In this document: positions 1 through 14,599 of the stretch, in pieces
How the letters are laid out: every line of letters begins with the position of its first letter
Position numbering within the stretch: position 1 is the first letter of the stretch
From: Octopus vulgaris
Lineage: Eukaryota
Assembly (NCBI GenBank): GCA_951406725.2
Contig: OX597840.1
Span: 3,596,001-3,660,000 of the forward strand
Direction of reading: 5' to 3'
DNA: 64,000 bases
Translations under genes and position numbers: made by a program
The notes under the pieces: generated by a model
Told to the model about the DNA's origin: nothing
Seen by the model: only the letters and a program-made list of their open reading frames with translations
Database searches by the model: none

Positions 1-42
1 TTAATAAGCGGATTTCTCCATTATAATGTAGATGTAACTAAG

Positions 43-91
<49 letters not shown>

Positions 92-349
92 TGTTATAGA
101 AAACAGAAACAGAACATAGAGGTTGTATGCATTTTAGAAAATTCGATGGAGAACGTACAGTGGAATTGCCGTGGAATCTGGATAACCAAAACTTTCGGAC
201 AGAAATTCTTGTTCACAGAAAAGTTAACAGGAATGAAGTTTAAGAAAAATTATAGTTTTATGTTCTCCATATTTGTGTGTGTGTGTGTGTCCCCGTCACC
301 ATGTATGCATATATGTATGTAAATATATATATATGTATTTTCGCACATG

Positions 350-408
<59 letters not shown>

Positions 409-419
409 TTTTGTACTTG

Positions 420-640
<221 letters not shown>

Positions 641-983
641 ATATATAATAAATATATATATATATAAAATAAAATACAAAATGGGACACAAACGCAAAAC
701 ATCCGGACAACTAGGTGATACAAAAGGGGACAACAAAACATCCAGATAGACGATACAAAGAAAACAAGGATGGGTCATTCGAAGCTTTTTATCTTCAGTC
801 TAGAACCGGATCATCCTCGCAATTTGGGTTGATTAATCTTGAGATTGCTCCAATCTGGCCAGCCCCAAGGAAAAACTAAGCTAAGAGCATTAGATTCCTT
901 GGAAAAAAGCAACGAATGTATACGAAACAAGGACAGAAAAAACAGACGATGTTACACGAATATAAATACAAAATATATATATA

Positions 984-1985
984 TCAGGCTGAGTAAAAGG
1001 TAGGCAACGTTTTGAAACATGAAATTAATCATAATATATTTCAACAATGCAGAAATTTTATTCATTAAAGTAAGTACCATTACAATCAACACATTTTCGC
1101 CAACGAATTACAAGTTTGATTATTCCGTTAGCAAAAATCTGGAGTTCTGGAGCTGATGAACTCTTTGAACGCACTTGAAAAAGTGATAGTCGGTAGGAGA
1201 AAGGACTGGGGAATAAGCTGTGTGAAGAACTTCGTAGCCATGTTCCCTCAACTTTAGAAGCGTCATTAGTGAAACGTGTGAAGAATGATTGGGTGTCTTC
1301 GTTTTGAAGAACTAGGATTTAGGTAAGGTTTTCGGTGCTTCATTTTGGTCCAAGCACTCTGAAGAACGTTTTTCTATTATTGTACGGAATCCACTTTTCA
1401 TCGCAAGTTATGTATACCTCGAGAAATGGATCGTCTGATTATGGAGAAAGAGCGGCGCGCAAATTTCGTATCTGCGCATTTTCTGATTTTCATTCAAATC
1501 GTATGGTACCCATTTGTCGAATTTTTTGGATTTTCCAATCGCATGCAAATGGTTGCAGGCAGTTTTCTGGCTAACTTGAATTTCTTTTGCCTATTCTCGA
1601 ATGGTTTTACATGGTTCTTTCTCAATAACGGTCTTTAATTGACCGTCATCGATGACAGATGCGTGTCCACTATGCTCACCGCCTTCAAGGCTCGGGTCTC
1701 CACTGCGAAATCGTTTAAACCATTTTCAAGCTGACCACTCACTGGTCATTTCCTCACCAAACGTTTCGTTGATATCGCAAGCAATTTCAGCTGTTTTACG
1801 TCCTTTTTTGAAGTTGATTAGCAAAATTGCTCGAATATTTCGCTTTGACAGTTCCATTTCAGATGATTGTAACAACGGTGAAAAAAATATGAACGTTAAT
1901 TTATTGATGCATTTGGGCAACTTTGCAAAAATCTGCTACAAATTCTTCATGGTTTAAAACGTTGCTTACTTTTTACACAACCTGA
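984..1985 (-). mobile_element. Mariner (Tc1/mariner) DNA transposon, internally deleted and decayed
   Basis: ~40-bp imperfect TIRs (TCAGGCTGAGTAAAAGGTAGGCAACGTTTT / AAAACGTTGCTTACTTTTTACACAACCTGA) flanked by TA. Minus strand from ATG at 1857 reads MELSKRNIRAILL..KWFKRFRSG..KWVPYDL..TCDEKW..YSPVLSPTDYHFF, matching the mariner WVPHEL, TxDEKW and YSPDLAPxD motifs, with stops and frameshifts. Confidence 0.93.
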
Positions 1986-2283
1986 TATATAAAAACATAT
2001 ATGCATGGGTGTTCGTGTGTGTGTGATTGTGCATCATGTACGAGACTGCATATTACATGAAGTTTGTATCAAAGCAAGTAGGATGTCTGTGTGTAGGTGT
2101 ATGTGCATGTGTTCACGAGCATAATAAGTGCGTCTCTGAACGCGTGGATGCGGGGAATAGCATGGCGCGTATTCGCATACTTAAGAACGAATTAAAATAG
2201 TTTAAACTGTTGCATAGAACGCATATATCATACATGTGTATGAATGTATGTGGGGTTACACATACACACACACATACGTATAT

Positions 2284-2318
<35 letters not shown>

Positions 2319-2797
2319 TACATATATACATAAATACATATGGAGAGAGAGAGGGGCGAAAGAAAGAAAGAGGGAGAGAAAGAAAGAAAAAGAAAGAAAG
2401 AAAGAAAGAAAGGAGAAAGAAACAAGCAAACAAACAAAGACAGTGTAAGAGAGAAATATAGATACACAGACATAATCATATATTAGGAACAGAGTCATAT
2501 ATATATATACACACATACATACATACATACATACATACATACATACATACATACATACATACATACATACATACATACATACATACATACATACATACAT
2601 ACATACATACATACATACATGCATACATACATACATACATACATACATACAGATTTATATGTGTGTGTGTGTGTACATGTATATGTGTATTTATGGATGC
2701 ATATTCACTCATTATATTTGCATATATGTGCATATATGATTTTATCAGTGGTTGCATATACAAATTTATTTAAAATACACACACACACACACATATG

Positions 2798-2841
<44 letters not shown>

Positions 2842-2894
2842 ATATATATATACATATGTACATACATTCAATATATACATACATATATATATAC

Positions 2895-2939
<45 letters not shown>

Positions 2940-3101
2940 TATATATTATATATACACTCAAATCCACAGAAACACACACATATGTATATGTATATATACA
3001 CATATATATATATCATATATATTTATATATATACACTCATATACACAGATGTTGGCGCTTGTGTGTTTGTATATATGTTTAATCACCTGAACAATCAAAG
3101 G

Positions 3102-3141
<40 letters not shown>

Positions 3142-3339
3142 ACACACACTGGTATCACATACACACACTTGACTGTATCAAATACCAAATTACATCTGAT
3201 ACATCTTTACACGTAAATCTCATAATCTTAATCTTAAACATCGCTAAATCTCCCTTGAGTACGGATTTATATAACACCTTAAAACCTCTGTTTATGATTC
3301 AATATAATGCTATGAGGTCGGCAGCGGTGTGCATGGCAT

Positions 3340-3608
3340 GTGGCGGGGGGGGGGATTAAAGAAGTAGTGGTGGTGCTGGTGCTGGTGGTGGCTCTAGTAG
3401 TAGTGACTCTGGTGGTGGTGGTGGTGGTGGTGGTTGTGTGCGATGTTTTTTTGTGTGGGTGTGGGGCTGTCGTTGTTGTGATGGCGGTGATGTTGGTGGT
3501 GGCGGTTCTTATGGCTGTGTTTGTCTTGGTGGTAGTACCTTAGTTGATAGTGGTGGTAGCGGTTTTGTTGGAGGTAGCAGTAGTAGTAGTAGTAGTAGTA
3601 GTAGTAGC

Positions 3609-3676
<68 letters not shown>

Positions 3677-3677
3677 C

Positions 3678-3744
<67 letters not shown>

Positions 3745-4945
3745 ACAGCAGCACCAGCAGTAGTAGTTGTAGTAGTAGTAGTAGTAATAGTAATAGTAGT
3801 AGTAATAATTATATTGCTGGTGGTGGTGGTGGTGGTGGTGGTGCTAGTGGTGCTGGTGTTGGTTGTAGTACCCGTACTGGTGTTGGTGGATATGGTTGGT
3901 GCCGTAGAGGCGCTGGTTGTAGTGGTTTCGGACGACATTAATCCTTTGGGCTTGTTAACTTTTGTGGTTAGTGTTGGTGTTGTAGTGGTAACGATTAGCT
4001 GTGTGTAAGCGATCAGGTTGATGATGATGATGATGATTGATGGTGATGGTTATGCTGATCGTGATGCTTGTGGTAGTGGTGATGGCCATGGTAATTTTGG
4101 TTTTGGTGGTGGTAGTGGTGGTGGTGACGGTGGTGGTGACGGTGGTGGTGACGGTGGTGATGGTTTGGTGTTGTGGTCTTGGCATTTTGTGGTGGTGGAG
4201 TGGTGGTGGTGGTGTCACGGGTGCTGGTGCCTGCTGAGCGGATGAGGCGAGTGGGATGCTAAGAAGGCATTAGCAGGGATTGAGGTCAGTTGTAGGCGTT
4301 GATTGGTCAGCGGTCCAGTGGCGTGGCGGTGGTGGTGGTGGTGGTGGCGGCGATGCCAGTGGTGGTTTTGGTGGTGATTAACGATCGATATATGGGTGGC
4401 ACTGCTGTCGATGATTGTGTGGGTGGTTTGTGGTTGCTGTGTGGGTGGTAGTATACCGCGTGGTGATGGGGGAGGGAATGAAAGTAGGGGCATTTCGTGG
4501 AAATCACACGTGATTAGGGTAAGGCTGTATGGTGTTGGCGTTAGTGGTGGTGGTAGTGGTGGTGGTGGTGGTGGTGGTGGTGGTGGTGGTGGTGGTGGTG
4601 GTGGTGGTGGTGGTGGTGGTGGTGGTGGTGGTGGTGGTGGTAGTAGTGGTGGTGGTGGTGGTGGTGGTGGTGGTGGTGGTGGTGGTGGTTGAGGCAGTGG
4701 AAAACTAGCAGCAGTGGTGGAAGTGGTGGTGGTGGTGGCGGTGGTGATGGTGGTGGTTTTAGTAGTACTGGTGTAGTTAGTATTGGTGGTGGGTTGGGTG
4801 GAGGTGGTGATGTTATCGGTGGTCGTGATGATGGTTGTGATGATGGTGATTGTGGTGGTGGTAGTGGTGGTAGTGGTGGTGGTGGTGGTGGTAGTTGTAG
4901 TGGTGGTGGTGGTGGTGCTGCTGCTGCTGCTGCTGCTGCTGTTGC
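3340..4945. repeat. Compound (GGT)n/(AGT)n/(GAT)n/(GCT)n trinucleotide microsatellite region
   Basis: Long AGT (3575-3790) and GGT (4545-4690) arrays; the poly-S/G/V/T/P/H ORFs are artefacts. Confidence 0.95.
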
Positions 4946-5210
4946 TAGTACTGGTATTGATATTAGTCGTGTCGCTCTCGTTGGTATTGTAGTCGTATGT
5001 TGGTATGGCAATGACCACCACCAACGAATAAGCACAACTTACATGAGCCGACAGCGTTAACCACTGTTTTGGCACTAAATCGGTTCTAATCTTCCATACT
5101 AATCTTGTAATGAGAAAAGCCTTCCTCCTGTGACCATTCCATCGTTTCAGAATAGAATCTGAAGACAACTTTACCCAATGCGGCCTTCATTTGTTGAACA
5201 AATGTTGTGT

Positions 5211-5423
5211 CCGGCAGAATTACTAGCACACCGGACGAAATACTTAACGACATTTCGCCTGTCCCTACGTTCAGATTTCAAATTCCTCCGAGGTCGAATT
5301 TACTTTTCTTTCTCTCGGGGTTCGATAAATCAATTACCAGTGAAACACTGGGATCGATGTAATCGATTAGTCCCTCCCACAAAATTTCAAGCCATGTGTC
5401 TATAGTAGAAAGGATTATTATTA
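5211..5423 (+). mobile_element. tRNA-derived SINE family A, tail type ii, diverged
   Basis: Similar to other copies: ggcagaa head, B-box-like gatttcaaattcc, core, tail ...tagtagaaaggattattatta. Confidence 0.8.
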
Positions 5424-5784
5424 TCTCTCTATATATATAAACGGCAAAATGTCTGCGTGCGTGTCCTTTATACAAATCCACAATTTTTCAGTTAGAGGGC
5501 TCGCACTTTCTATGGTCATTCAAAACCGTCGAAGGGTGGCCGTGCATACATTTCCCCAGTCACCCCGCAAAGCCATTAAAAAAATCAATAGAAGTGACTT
5601 TTTTGTGAATTTTCTATCCAAAACCCAATCAAAATGCCCGAAACTTGATACGCCAATTGAATGCCAGCTAGCTGTATGTGATTGGGCGGAGATTTGGACA
5701 GTACTCGCATGTATGTGCGCACGCACCCAGCTGTATATGCATGCACTAGCACTATGACCCGGCAACGCCGGGTCATAATGCTAG
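5424..5784 (+). mobile_element. Non-autonomous Helitron
   Basis: Starts TC(TCTCTATATATATAA), ends CTAG, inserted between A and T with no TSD. Subterminal GC-rich hairpin GACCCGGC-AAC-GCCGGGTC. Confidence 0.8.
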
Positions 5785-5785
5785 T

Positions 5786-6200
5786 CATTATTATTCCTTC
5801 GGAACACAGTGTAGGTAAAAATGTACCGAAGTCTTTAGTCATCTGTCAAGTCACAACAAGGGCCTCAGACAGATAATACTTTCCTTAAAATGTGCACTGT
5901 GCCCAATAAGGCTACTTTTTGCAAGACAATCTCGCAAAGAATTTCCAGTTGCCTTAAGAAGTCTTGAAGTTTCAATGGAATTGAGCCCAACGCTCCGATC
6001 ACCATTGGTATCACTTTTACATTTCCCTCTCGCATTCCATACAGTCTTGCCATTTCCACTTTCAATTCGGAGTCCTTGGTGATTTTTTTCAACCTCTCTA
6101 CTCGCAACATTCATGTCATTTGGTAGGGCTACATCAATGATCTGACAGTATTTGTCTCTCTTATTTAATATGACAATATCCGACCGACGGTATTCGATTA
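5786..6200 (-). mobile_element. R4/Dong-clade (RLE) LINE 3' fragment, decayed
   Basis: Minus strand RRSDIVILNKRDKYCQIIDVALPNDMNV..EVEK..VIPMVIGALG..LQKVALLGTVHILRKVL is the PD..D restriction-like endonuclease C-terminus, followed by a short 3' UTR and (TAA)n tail. Confidence 0.88.
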
Positions 6201-6307
6201 GTTATTACAAAAAGCCTCAAGCCAAGATTGAACCTTAGTTAAAGGGGTTTGTGTGTTACTGTGTCCATGTCTTTACCCACAAGACCATTGAGACAACAAC
6301 GCCTCAA

Positions 6308-7464
6308 GGCGGCGAGCTGGCAGAAACGTTAGCATGCCGGGCGAAATGCGTTAACCGTATTTCGTCTGCCGTTACGTTCTGAGTTCAAATTCCGCCGAGG
6401 TCAACTTTGCCTTTCATCCTTTCCGGGGTCGATAAATTAAGTACCGGTTACACACTGGGGTCGATATAATCAACTTAATCCTTTTGTCTGTCCTTGTTTG
6501 TCCTCTCTGTGTTTAGCCCCTTGTGGGTAGTTAAGAAATATGTATTTTGTCTGCCGCTACGTTCTGAGTTCAAATTCCGCCGAGGTCACCTTTGCCTTTC
6601 ATCCTTTCCGGGGTCGATAAATTGAGTACCGGTTACACACTGGGGTCGATGTAATCGACTTAATCCGTTTGTCTGTCCTTGTTTGTCCTCTCTGTGTTTA
6701 GCCCCTTGTGGGTAGTAAAGAAATAGGTATTTCGGCTGTCTTTACGTTCTGAGTTCAAATTCCGCTGAGGTCGACTTTGCCTTTCATCCTTTCCGGGGTG
6801 GATAAATTAAGTACCGGTTACACACTGGGGTCGATATAATCAACTTAATCCTTTTGTCTGTCCTTGTTTGTCCTCTGTGTTTAGCCCCTTGTGGGTAGTT
6901 AAAAAATATGTATTTTGTCTGCCGCTACTTTCTGAGTTCAAATTCCGCCGAGGTCAACTTTGCTTTTCATCCTTTCCGGGGTCGATAAATTAAGTACCGG
7001 TTACACACTGGGGTCGATGTAATCGACTGAATCCGTTTGTCTGTCCTTGTTTGTCCTCTCTGTGTTTAGCCCCTTGTGGGTAGTAAAGAAATAGGTATTT
7101 CGGCTGTCTTTACGTTCTGAGTTCAAATTCCACCGAGGTCAACTTTGCCTTTCATCCTTTCCGGGGTCGATAAATTGAGTACCGGTTACACACTGGGGTC
7201 GATGTAATCGACTTAATCCGTTTGTCTGTCCTTGTTTGTCCTCTCTGTGTTTAGCCCCTTGTGGGTAGTAAAGAAATAGGTATTTCGGCTGTCTTTACGT
7301 TCTGAGTTCAAATTCCACCGAGGTCAACTTTGCCTTTCATCATTTCCGGGGTCGATAAATTAAGTACCGGTTACACACTGGGGTCGATGTAATCGACTTA
7401 ATCCGTTTGTCTGTCCTTGTTTGTCCTCTCTGTGTTTAGCCCCTTGTGGGTAGTTAAGAAATAG
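6308..7464 (+). repeat. SINE family A head followed by six tandem ~185-bp body/tail units
   Basis: Head ggcggcgagctggcagaaacgttagc; units start at about 6358, 6543, 6728, 6911, 7096 and 7281, each with GAGTTCAAATTCC and tail ...gtgggtagtaaagaaatagg. Confidence 0.95.
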
Positions 7465-7727
7465 GGATTCGATTTGTTACGCTGTATCATTTTTGCGCAA
7501 CACACTCACACATTCACTTACCAAGTAGGTCACATTTTCCACACTCTTTCCTCAGAGTCTGCAATTCTGGGTGCCAAACCTTTTCTAAATGTTATACTTC
7601 ACTGACTTGGTAGCGAGAGCTTGGCCTTGTGCAGCAATGGTCTGGCTCTCGGTGGTACGCTTCAAATCACCTCGTTTCAGCCATGCCCACCATGCTGTAA
7701 TATCCTTAACGTTATGTGTATTCCTTA

Positions 7728-7945
7728 GGCGGCGAGCTGGTAGAATCGTTAGCACGCCGGGCGAAATGCTTAGCAGTATTTCGTCTGCAGTTACGTTCTG
7801 AGTTCAAATTCCGCCGAGGTCGACTTTGCTTTTCATCCTTTCGGGGTTGATTAAATAAGTACCAGTTACGCACTAGGGTCAATATAATTGACTCAAACCG
7901 TTTGTCCCCTCTGTGTTTAGCCCCTTGTGGATAGTAAAGAAATAG
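7728..7945 (+). mobile_element. SINE family A, tail type i
   Basis: Head, B box, core and tail match the 6308 copy. Confidence 0.9.
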
Positions 7946-8057
7946 TATTCCTTTCAATCTGTCCATGCATTGTCATTTCAAGAAGGTCTTCTTTTCTCTT
8001 CTCCTCAGCTCTTTGGTTAAACTCTTCCTTGCCCATCATTTCATCTGCATTTACACC

Positions 8058-8159
<102 letters not shown>

Positions 8160-9869
8160 CATTACTGTTATTGTTGTTGTTGTTGTTCTTCTTCTTCTTG
8201 TTATTGTTGCAATTATCATTAGTGACTTTCTTGTGATGACGGTGATAACGATGGTAAGAAATGCTGACGCACAGCGACTCACCAGCAAATACACACGTAA
8301 CGCACATACACATTCACACACACAAACACTCTCGCTAACACACACATACATCTAAACACACACACACACACACACATTTACATACCCACACACAGAAAAA
8401 CATCATACACTCACACATGCACACATACACCAAACACAGACACTCACACACATTCTCACGCACCTACACTCACATACACACATTCATACATTGAAACACA
8501 CACATATACACACATGCATCCGCACACACGGAAAAACACATACACACACCCATACTATGGAACACACACACAGATACTCACACATTCGCATACACCGAAC
8601 ACGAATACATCCATCCATACATACACACACATACATGAATACACACATACACACGTTCACATACCCACACACCAACAAACACACACACACATCTACCCAT
8701 CCTCCTTTCACCACATCCACCATCATCCAACCGCCTACCCACCCCCCCCACCCCTTACACACATCTCCAGATAGAGACCGGCCGAAAAAGCGGAAGTAAT
8801 TTGTTGTAATTGCCACGTAATTATTCCATAATTAACATTTACAATAATTAGTAATTTTGTTAATCTGGGATCACATTGGGTGGGGAAGGGGAGAGGGAGG
8901 AGGTGGAGAGGTGGTGGGTTCGTGGGTGATGGGGGAACGTTGTGGAATGGAAGGAGTAGGGGGCGATATGAGGTGGAGTGGGTATGGGGTGGTGCTGGAG
9001 TTCGGACGGGTGTGAGGGGAGGAGCGAGGAGTGGGGTGAGGGTGAGGGAGTCGGGGAGTAGTTATAGGGTGGGGTGGTGGTGGTGGTGGTGGTGGTGGCG
9101 CGTTTGTAATTTGTGCGTAGTTGGCAAAATGGGGAAGAAAAATGAAAGAGATGAGAAAGAAAAGAAGGAAAGGAAAAAGAAGAAAGAAACAAACAAAGGA
9201 AGGAAGGAAGGAAGAAAAGAACGAAGGAAAGAACGAACGAGCGAAGGAAGAGGGGAGCGGAGAAGTAGAGAATAAAAATGGAAGAAAGAAAGATAATTGG
9301 TTAGTGAAAGAAAAAGAAGGAAAGAAAGGAAAGAAAGACAAGTGAAAAGAAGGAAGGAAAGATTGGAAAAAAGAAAAGCCTGAAAGAAAGACGGTAAAGC
9401 GAAGAAAAAATGGTCTAAGTAATGAAGAATTAAAAGAAAGAAAGAAAAGGAGATGAGAAGGAAAGGAAGAAAGAGAGACAAAAGAAAGAGAGAATGAGTG
9501 AATGATTGAATGAGAAAATATAGAAAGAAAAAGGAAAAGATAGAATGCCTGAATGAATTAATTAATTGATGAATAAGTGGATGAGAATAAAGAAAGAAGG
9601 AAAAATAGAAAGGTGGAAATGATGAATGAGTGCAAAAGGAGGAACGAGGTTAGATCGTACTACCCGTTGTTAATGACTGGTACTTTATGTTTGTCAGCAT
9701 CAGAGCAGATAAAATGCAAAGTTAACCTGGGTGGGATTTGAACTCAGAATGTAAAGGTTCTTGAGCTCCTACCAAAAAGAAAAAAAAATCCTTTCGTGTA
9801 GAATATTCTACCGCAATGCCGTATAGAGCTCGCGAACACAAGTATATAGCTTCAAGAAGATAATGTTGC

Positions 9870-9956
<87 letters not shown>

Positions 9957-9958
<2 letters not shown>

Positions 9959-10335
9959 CTCTTTTACTCTTTTATTTGTTTCAGTCATTTGACTGTGGCC
10001 ATGCTGGAGCACCGCCTTTAGTTGAGCAATCGACCCCCATGACTTATTCTTTGTAAGCCTAGTACTTATTCTATCGGTCTCTTTTGCCGGAGCGCTAAGT
10101 TACGGGGACATAAACAAACCAGCATCGGTTGTCAAGCGATGTTGGGGGGACAAAGACAGACACACAAACACACATATATATATACATATACATATATATG
10201 ACGGACTTCTTTTCAGTTTCCGTCTACCAAATCCACTCACAAAGCTTTGGTCGGCCCAAGTCTAAAGTAGAAGACACTTACCCAATGTGCTACACAGTGG
10301 GACTGAACCTGGGACCAGGTGGTTGGGAAGCAAGA
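9957..10335 (-). mobile_element. tRNA-derived SINE family B
   Basis: Reverse complement of the 18155 copy, with internal (TA/TG)n and tail ...gactgaaacaaataaaagagtaaaagag. Confidence 0.9.
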
Positions 10336-10509
10336 TTTTCGAGGATAGTATTCACTCTAGTACTTGACTGGTAGTTTAGTAAACCTTTCTGGAAAAGCGG
10401 AAGTTGAACTCAGACAGTAAGGAGCTGGAAGACATACAGCACGTGACATGATGTACTTTTCAATCAATTCCTTTTGTAAAATACTCCATCAGAATTTGAG
10501 AGAGAACTT

Positions 10510-10700
10510 CACTGAAGCACGCAGCTCTTCGGAATTCTTCATTGTCCAGTTTGTAACAAACCGCCATGTGCAACAGACATGTTCGTTCGGGCATGCTTGA
10601 ATCTAAGCCACGTGCTGTGCTGGTTTTAATTAGCAGCCAGAAGGTCAACATCCCAAGATCACCCAAGCACAGCATTGTAATTCGGTTTCATTCCCTGATA
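10510..10700 (+). mobile_element. Possible ancient LINE (CR1/L2-like) RT C-terminal relic
   Basis: LKH..RNSSLSSL...VNIPRSPKH..NS.F.P only weakly resembles the LxHRR..SLSLFY...V.IPR.RT...NSFFP end motif. Confidence 0.3.
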
Positions 10701-11116
10701 CATGTATATACATGTAAACATAGATACATTTCTGATGCGCGCTCTGTGCGCCGTTGTGCATATTGCATTTGTGATTAATCGACATAAAATACGTTATACA
10801 TTTTTATCCTTAGGAAACATACTTAACTTGGATATGTAATAATTTTTTTTCTCTTTCGCGAACAAAACCAAATAGTAATTTTGATGAAACAATATTTTTT
10901 ATGTATTTGTATTCGTTCTCTGCAGAGAAAATTTACCAACTGTCAACACATGGATAAATTCTCATATCTTCTGTTTATGGTGATGTGTCCTCGTTTTAAG
11001 ATGTTTATTTCTCAGTAATACGTATATTGCAATTTCCTTTTCGATTATGCTCATCATGGCTCTTTTTACAAATCGCTATTTAGTCCAATTCAAAACCTTA
11101 GCCTACTGTTATTGTA

Positions 11117-11300
11117 TGCACAGGAGATGCTGTGTGGTAAGTAGTTTGCTTGCCAACCACATGGTTCCAGGTTCAGTCCCACTGTGTAGCACCTTGGGCA
11201 AGTGTCTTCTACTATAGCCTCGGGCCGACCAAAGCCTTGTGAGTGGATTTGGTAGACGGTGTGTGTGTTTGTGTGTCTGTGTTTGTCTCTCCCCAGCATC
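11117..11300 (+). mobile_element. SINE family B, 5' part
   Basis: gctgtgtggtaagtagtttgc..ggttcagtccc..gcaccttgggcaagtgtcttct. Confidence 0.88.
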
Positions 11301-11302
11301 GC

Positions 11303-11450
11303 TTTTTTCTCTCCTTGTTTCACTTTCTGTAGAAGAGCGTAGGCTCGAAACGAAAAAGACTTTTTCTATTCCTGAGCGTTATACTAATACATCTGTTTGT
11401 TTTTTACACCACCTGTACTCGTCTTTTGTTTTTTTTTTGTAAACTCTCCC
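11303..11450 (+). repeat. Short TA-associated repeat with degenerate hammerhead-like motif; second copy at 31791-31980 (-)
   Basis: Shared CTGTAGAAGAGCGTAGGCTCGAAACG...cctgagcgttatactaatacatctgtttg. Confidence 0.75.
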
Positions 11451-11899
11451 TATATATATATCTGTGTGTGTGCGCGTGTGTTTGTATATGTATACGCATG
11501 CGTATAAGCGTGTTGTACGTCTCAATACGTGCGTATACATCGCACGTACCATCCCTCTATTCAATTATTTAATCACACCTACTGTACACATTTTCTATTG
11601 TTTGAAGCATTCGTAACTTCTATTTTTTTCCCCCCCGTTCTCTCCCTTGCTGTTTCTTTTCGTGTGGTCGTCTTTGCAAAACACTACGAAACCCCCAGCC
11701 ACTTCCTCATACATCTTTATTTGTGGCACCGTTTGTATTTGTACGACTAATGTTATATGTGGTACTTTATTTAATTTCAACGACTTGAAATCCTTCTCGT
11801 GTCAATGTTTCACTCTTGAGTCGATTATACATACGAGCAAACATTCAGAAAAATGTCAGCAAGTAAACTGACTGAAAAGTTAACTGCGTTTTCTATTTA

Positions 11900-13410
<1,511 letters not shown>

Positions 13411-13624
13411 AAACAATAAGTAATATGATAAGAAAAAAAGCTCAATATGTAAAATAAAACGTTATTCAAACAAAAAGAAAATAAAAGAGACGAAGGGCGT
13501 GAAACTTTGCGTTTGTTGCGAACGAAGACGTTGCAACACCTTTGCTAATACTCCTTAAATTTGTTTTCCCATTGGTTGATTGTATTACATTAAAATAGCG
13601 AACAATAATTCTTGTTTTGCAATT

Positions 13625-13676
13625 TTAACTAATTCTAAGTTTTTTTTTTCTCTCTCATTTCTAATTACAGGTGAGT
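13625..13676 (+). promoter_or_regulatory. Juxtaposed 3' and 5' splice-site consensus (candidate recursive splice site, or donor of a non-coding exon)
   Basis: CTAAT branch-like motif (13629-13633), T-run/CT polypyrimidine tract, CAG (13668-13670), then immediately GTGAGT. Confidence 0.55.
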
Positions 13677-13931
13677 GAATTTGATTATATTTCGACAGAG
13701 TTCGCCATTTTCTTTTCAATTTGTTTTCCTTTCGAACATTGGAAAATATGAAAAGAAGTCAGGTATAATCAATCCCTTTATTATTTTTATTATTATTATT
13801 CTTGTTCTTGTCCTTGTTGTTGTTGCTGTTCGTGTTACTATATTGTTTTGTTTTGTTTTTCTTGTGTTTTTATTACATATATAATGGTACGACTTAAAAG
13901 AGTGGAACGTAAGCATGTCTTTTACAAATGC

Positions 13932-14337
13932 TCTTTTACTCTTTTACTTGTTTCAGTCATTTTGACTGCGGCCATGCTGGAGCACCGCCTTTAGTCGAGC
14001 AAATCGATTCCAGGACTTATGCTTTGTAAGCCTAGTACTTATTCTATCGGTCTTTTTTGCCGAACCGCCAAGCATTGGTTGTCAAGCTATGTTGGACACA
14101 CACAAACAAACATACACACACACAGACACACACACACACGCACGTAAGCACACACACACGCACGCACACACACACACATATATATATGTATATATATATA
14201 CGACGGACTTCTTTCAGTTACCGTCTACCAAATTTACTCACAAGGCTTTGGTCGGCCCGAGTAATGTGCCACGCAGTGGGACTGAACCCGGAACAATGTG
14301 GTAAGCAAGCAACTTACCACACAGCCACTCCTGCGCC
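13932..14337 (-). mobile_element. SINE family B
   Basis: Ends ...accacacagccactcctgcgcc (head, reverse complement); internal (CA)n/(TA)n. Confidence 0.9.
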
Positions 14338-14599
14338 TAAATATTCAACTCCTTGGCAGCTCATCAAATCCACCTGACTTTTCGATCAGATCAGGTTGAG
14401 AGGTTATTATCGCTTTCCAATAACTGAAAGACGACTGGTTCAAGAATAACTGAGGCTCAGAAAAAATAGATTTCCAGAAGTATGGTGTCTGGCAAAAGAA
14501 AGAATTGAATGATCTTGAAAAGGGCGTCTTGAAGAATGGTGCTGCTGCTCCCGTTGCTGTCCTCCCTGCTGCCCCCGCTGGTCACAATGCGCTTCGCAA

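Noticed and set aside
670-970. TA-flanked island with CTGAAGA on the minus strand (about 793-799)
   Set aside because: Followed by GAAT rather than GAAA with no convincing stems; probably a repeat fragment, but no hammerhead can be supported.
6358-7464. Regularly spaced repeats resembling a CRISPR array
   Set aside because: Whole 185-bp units repeat with no unique spacers; eukaryotic SINE-derived and no cas genes.
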